DNA of 64,000 nucleotides from Candidatus Bathyarchaeota archaeon (GTDB lineage Archaea; Thermoproteota; Bathyarchaeia; Bathyarchaeales; Bathycorpusculaceae): NCBI GenBank assembly GCA_963826715.1, contig CAWGYA010000008.1, positions 320,001 to 384,000 of the forward strand, read 5' to 3'. Shown piece by piece: positions 61,811 to 64,000 of this stretch (position 1 is its first letter; each line of letters starts with the position of its first letter). The notes under the pieces were generated by a model. It saw only the letters and a program-made list of their open reading frames with translations, ran no database searches and was not told where the DNA came from. The position numbers and the translations under genes were made by a program.

Positions 61811-62278
61811 GTGAGTAAACAAAACAAAACTATCAAGCCCGATAAATTTGCGGGGAAATTCGAGTTTTTGGAGCATACTGCTGACACTTACATTCGAGCT
61901 TATGGCACATCAATGAAGCAGGCATTCGAAAACGCTGCACTCGCCATGTTTGAAACAATGACTGACATCGGCAAAATCAAAAAAATAACGGAGGAAACAA
62001 TGGATGTGGAAGCCGAGGACCAGTATGCACTACTATACAATTGGCTTGAGGCGTTATTGGTAAAGTTTGAAACTCAAGGGATGCTGTATTCGCAGTTTGA
62101 AATTTTTGATTGGCAAGAATCCACAGAGAACTTCAAGATTAAAGCAAGGATTTGGGGAGAAAAATTTGACCCCAAACTCCACCCTCAGAAAGTCGCCGTT
62201 AAAGCAGTGACATATCACCGCATGGTTGTTATCTGCGAGCCGGAGCGGATAGTTTTGGAGTTTATCCTCGACATTTAG
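61811..62278 (+). CDS. Archease
   Basis: LEHTAD, AFENAA.A, VKAVTYH, final LDI. Confidence 0.95.
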   Translation: MSKQNKTIKPDKFAGKFEFLEHTADTYIRAYGTSMKQAFENAALAMFETMTDIGKIKKITEETMDVEAEDQYALLYNWLEALLVKFETQGMLYSQFEIFDWQESTENFKIKARIWGEKFDPKLHPQKVAVKAVTYHRMVVICEPERIVLEFILDI

Positions 62279-62946
62279 ACGAGGTTGAGTTTCTTTAGTT
62301 CTGTGAAGAGTTTTTCAACTTGAGATTCAGGTGGTTGGTATAGGCTCTTGGTTTCCAGTTGTATGAAGGGAACCTGTTTTTCTTTGTAGAATGCAATCAA
62401 GGGAGCGGTTTGTTCCTGGTAGACTGTCAATCGGTTTTTTATTGTGTCGGGGTTGTCGTCTGCACGTTGGTAGAGGGGTCCACCACATTTATCACAAATA
62501 CCTTCGACTATGGGTTTTAGAAATTTCACGTTATAGACGGTTCCACAGTTCTTGCATATGCGTCGTGTGGAAAGGCGTTCTATGATTATCCAGTCGGGGA
62601 CGTTTAGTTGCATGATGACGTCGATTTGGGTAATGCCATCGAGTTTTTTGGCTTGATCTAGGGTTCGCGGGTAGCCGTCGAGGATGAAACCTTTGCCGGT
62701 TGAGATTTTTGCTAAATGATCTTTAAGCACTTCAACAACGACATCGTCAGGAACCAGCGCACCTTTCTCCATATAACCCTTAACTTTAGTACTAAGATCC
62801 GATTTCTCTTTAACCAGTTCGCGGAAAATATCGCCCATCGAAATTACGTCAACACCAAGCTTTGCCTGTAATCTTGATGCATAGGTACCTTTGCCTGCGC
62901 CTGGCGCTCCAAATATGATAGCTTTCAACATGTCACACATCACCAA
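62275..62946 (-). CDS. adk: Adenylate kinase with a zinc lid
   Basis: GAPGAGKGT, S.GD.FR, G.LVPD, LDGYPRT, C..C...C..C lid, QRADD. Confidence 0.95.
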   Translation of the reverse strand: MVMCDMLKAIIFGAPGAGKGTYASRLQAKLGVDVISMGDIFRELVKEKSDLSTKVKGYMEKGALVPDDVVVEVLKDHLAKISTGKGFILDGYPRTLDQAKKLDGITQIDVIMQLNVPDWIIIERLSTRRICKNCGTVYNVKFLKPIVEGICDKCGGPLYQRADDNPDTIKNRLTVYQEQTAPLIAFYKEKQVPFIQLETKSLYQPPESQVEKLFTELKKLNLV

Positions 62947-63193
62947 ATTAATCTCTCATCTTAGACTAACAATCCATAATTAAGTTTTTTTATATACCAA
63001 AAAGCCAAGTTTAGATGAGATTTATTCTGTAACCCCCCTTTTATAATCTAGGCAACCGACAAACACTCAAAAAACAACCAATTACTCATTGAAAAAAACG
63101 TCATAAAGGAAGTGACACTTTAGCCATTCATTACCATTACGGTATTTCGATTTTATGTTTTTATCTTATTTTCTAATTAATGACATATTAGGG

Positions 63194-64000
63194 ATGTATT
63201 TGTCTACAACGTTAATAGGAAATAATCTGTACCAAGTCGAACTTAACACTGGAGGTTTAAAGAATTTAATCTGCAGCTACATCATTGTTGGACCTAAAGT
63301 ATTCCTCGTTGAATCAGGTCCAACCAACTCGGTGCCTAACTTGCTCGCGGGCTTAGCTGAACTGGGTATTAAGCCTGAAGACGTCGAATATGTCGCTATT
63401 ACCCACATTCATCTTGACCATGGAGGCGGCGCAGGCGCGTTACTCAAAAGCCTCCCTAACGCCAAAGTTATCGTCCATCCCCGCGGTGCCCCACATCTCA
63501 TTGATCCTGAGAGACTCTGGTCATCGAGTCAAGAAGTGCTAGGATTTGTGAGTAAAATCTTTGGAAAACCTGAACCCGTCCCTAAAGAACGAATCGTTGC
63601 GGTTACAGAGAGTATCTTTGATTTAGGCGACGGCGCAACCTTGAGCGTCACAGAGACGGCAGGTCATGCTTCCCACAACTTGAGTTTTAAGGAGTCCTTC
63701 AATTGTGGCGTTTTTCCTGGTGATGCTGCCGGCACCTATTTGCCGGAGTTTGATGTGGTGATTCCGACGACACCTCCGCCGTTTTATCTGGAAGCGGCAC
63801 TTGCTTCGCTGGATAAACTCATTGCTCTCAACCCCACTACACTATATTTTAGCCACTTCGGCAAGGCAGACAAAGCCGTGGAGCGACTCAAAGCCTACAA
63901 GATGCAGATAGATCTCTGGGCGAGCATAGCCGAAGCAGGTGTAAAGAACAACCTGAGTCTAGAGCAAGTCCGCGATAACATCATCGCCCAAGACCCTATC
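63194..64000 (+). CDS. MBL-fold metallo-hydrolase, runs off the window end (not in the ORF track)
   Basis: ATG at 63194; THIHLDHGGG, HPRG, GHASH, GDAAG, SHFG. Confidence 0.9.
   Translation, partial: MYLSTTLIGNNLYQVELNTGGLKNLICSYIIVGPKVFLVESGPTNSVPNLLAGLAELGIKPEDVEYVAITHIHLDHGGGAGALLKSLPNAKVIVHPRGAPHLIDPERLWSSSQEVLGFVSKIFGKPEPVPKERIVAVTESIFDLGDGATLSVTETAGHASHNLSFKESFNCGVFPGDAAGTYLPEFDVVIPTTPPPFYLEAALASLDKLIALNPTTLYFSHFGKADKAVERLKAYKMQIDLWASIAEAGVKNNLSLEQVRDNIIAQDPI

Noticed and set aside
62955-63021. Imperfect inverted repeat tctcatct...agatgaga upstream of adk
   Set aside because: Short, AT-rich and widely spaced; no supporting evidence.
1-64000. CRISPR arrays, rRNA, IS transposases, and the many short antisense ORFs in the track
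   Set aside because: No regularly spaced repeats, rRNA or transposase motifs were seen; the short ORFs are shadows of well-supported genes.

Overview
Archaeal chromosomal DNA, most likely Bathyarchaeia. This is inferred from Alba, a eukaryote-like topoisomerase IB, archease, EndoQ, CCA-less tRNAs, TATA-type promoters and frequent TTG/GTG starts. Most of the window (about 10.5-64 kb) is housekeeping or metabolic: Mrp, an NfnAB-like operon with a ferredoxin-MvhD partner, TrxB, a rubredoxin-TPP enzyme, a P-type ATPase, pgk/gap/glpX, GT4/GH57 alpha-glucan genes, hypA with an Mrp-type ATPase, TldD/E, M42 peptidase and adk. The region from about 1.8 to 10.2 kb is accessory and partly decayed, and it ends at tRNA-Ala(TGC). 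The most striking element is a 3.1-kb integrase-less islet bounded by direct repeats of the tRNA-Ala 3' end (6997-7032 and 10172-10208, with an older copy at 5418-5453). It carries only three contractile-injection-system (CIS) genes: a short tail sheath, a divergently transcribed gp19-type tail tube, and a fusion of a CIS tube-like domain to a lid-less Afp15/Pvc15-type AAA ATPase. No baseplate, spike, cap or tape-measure gene is present in the window. All family assignments come from motif recognition by eye; no database search was run.
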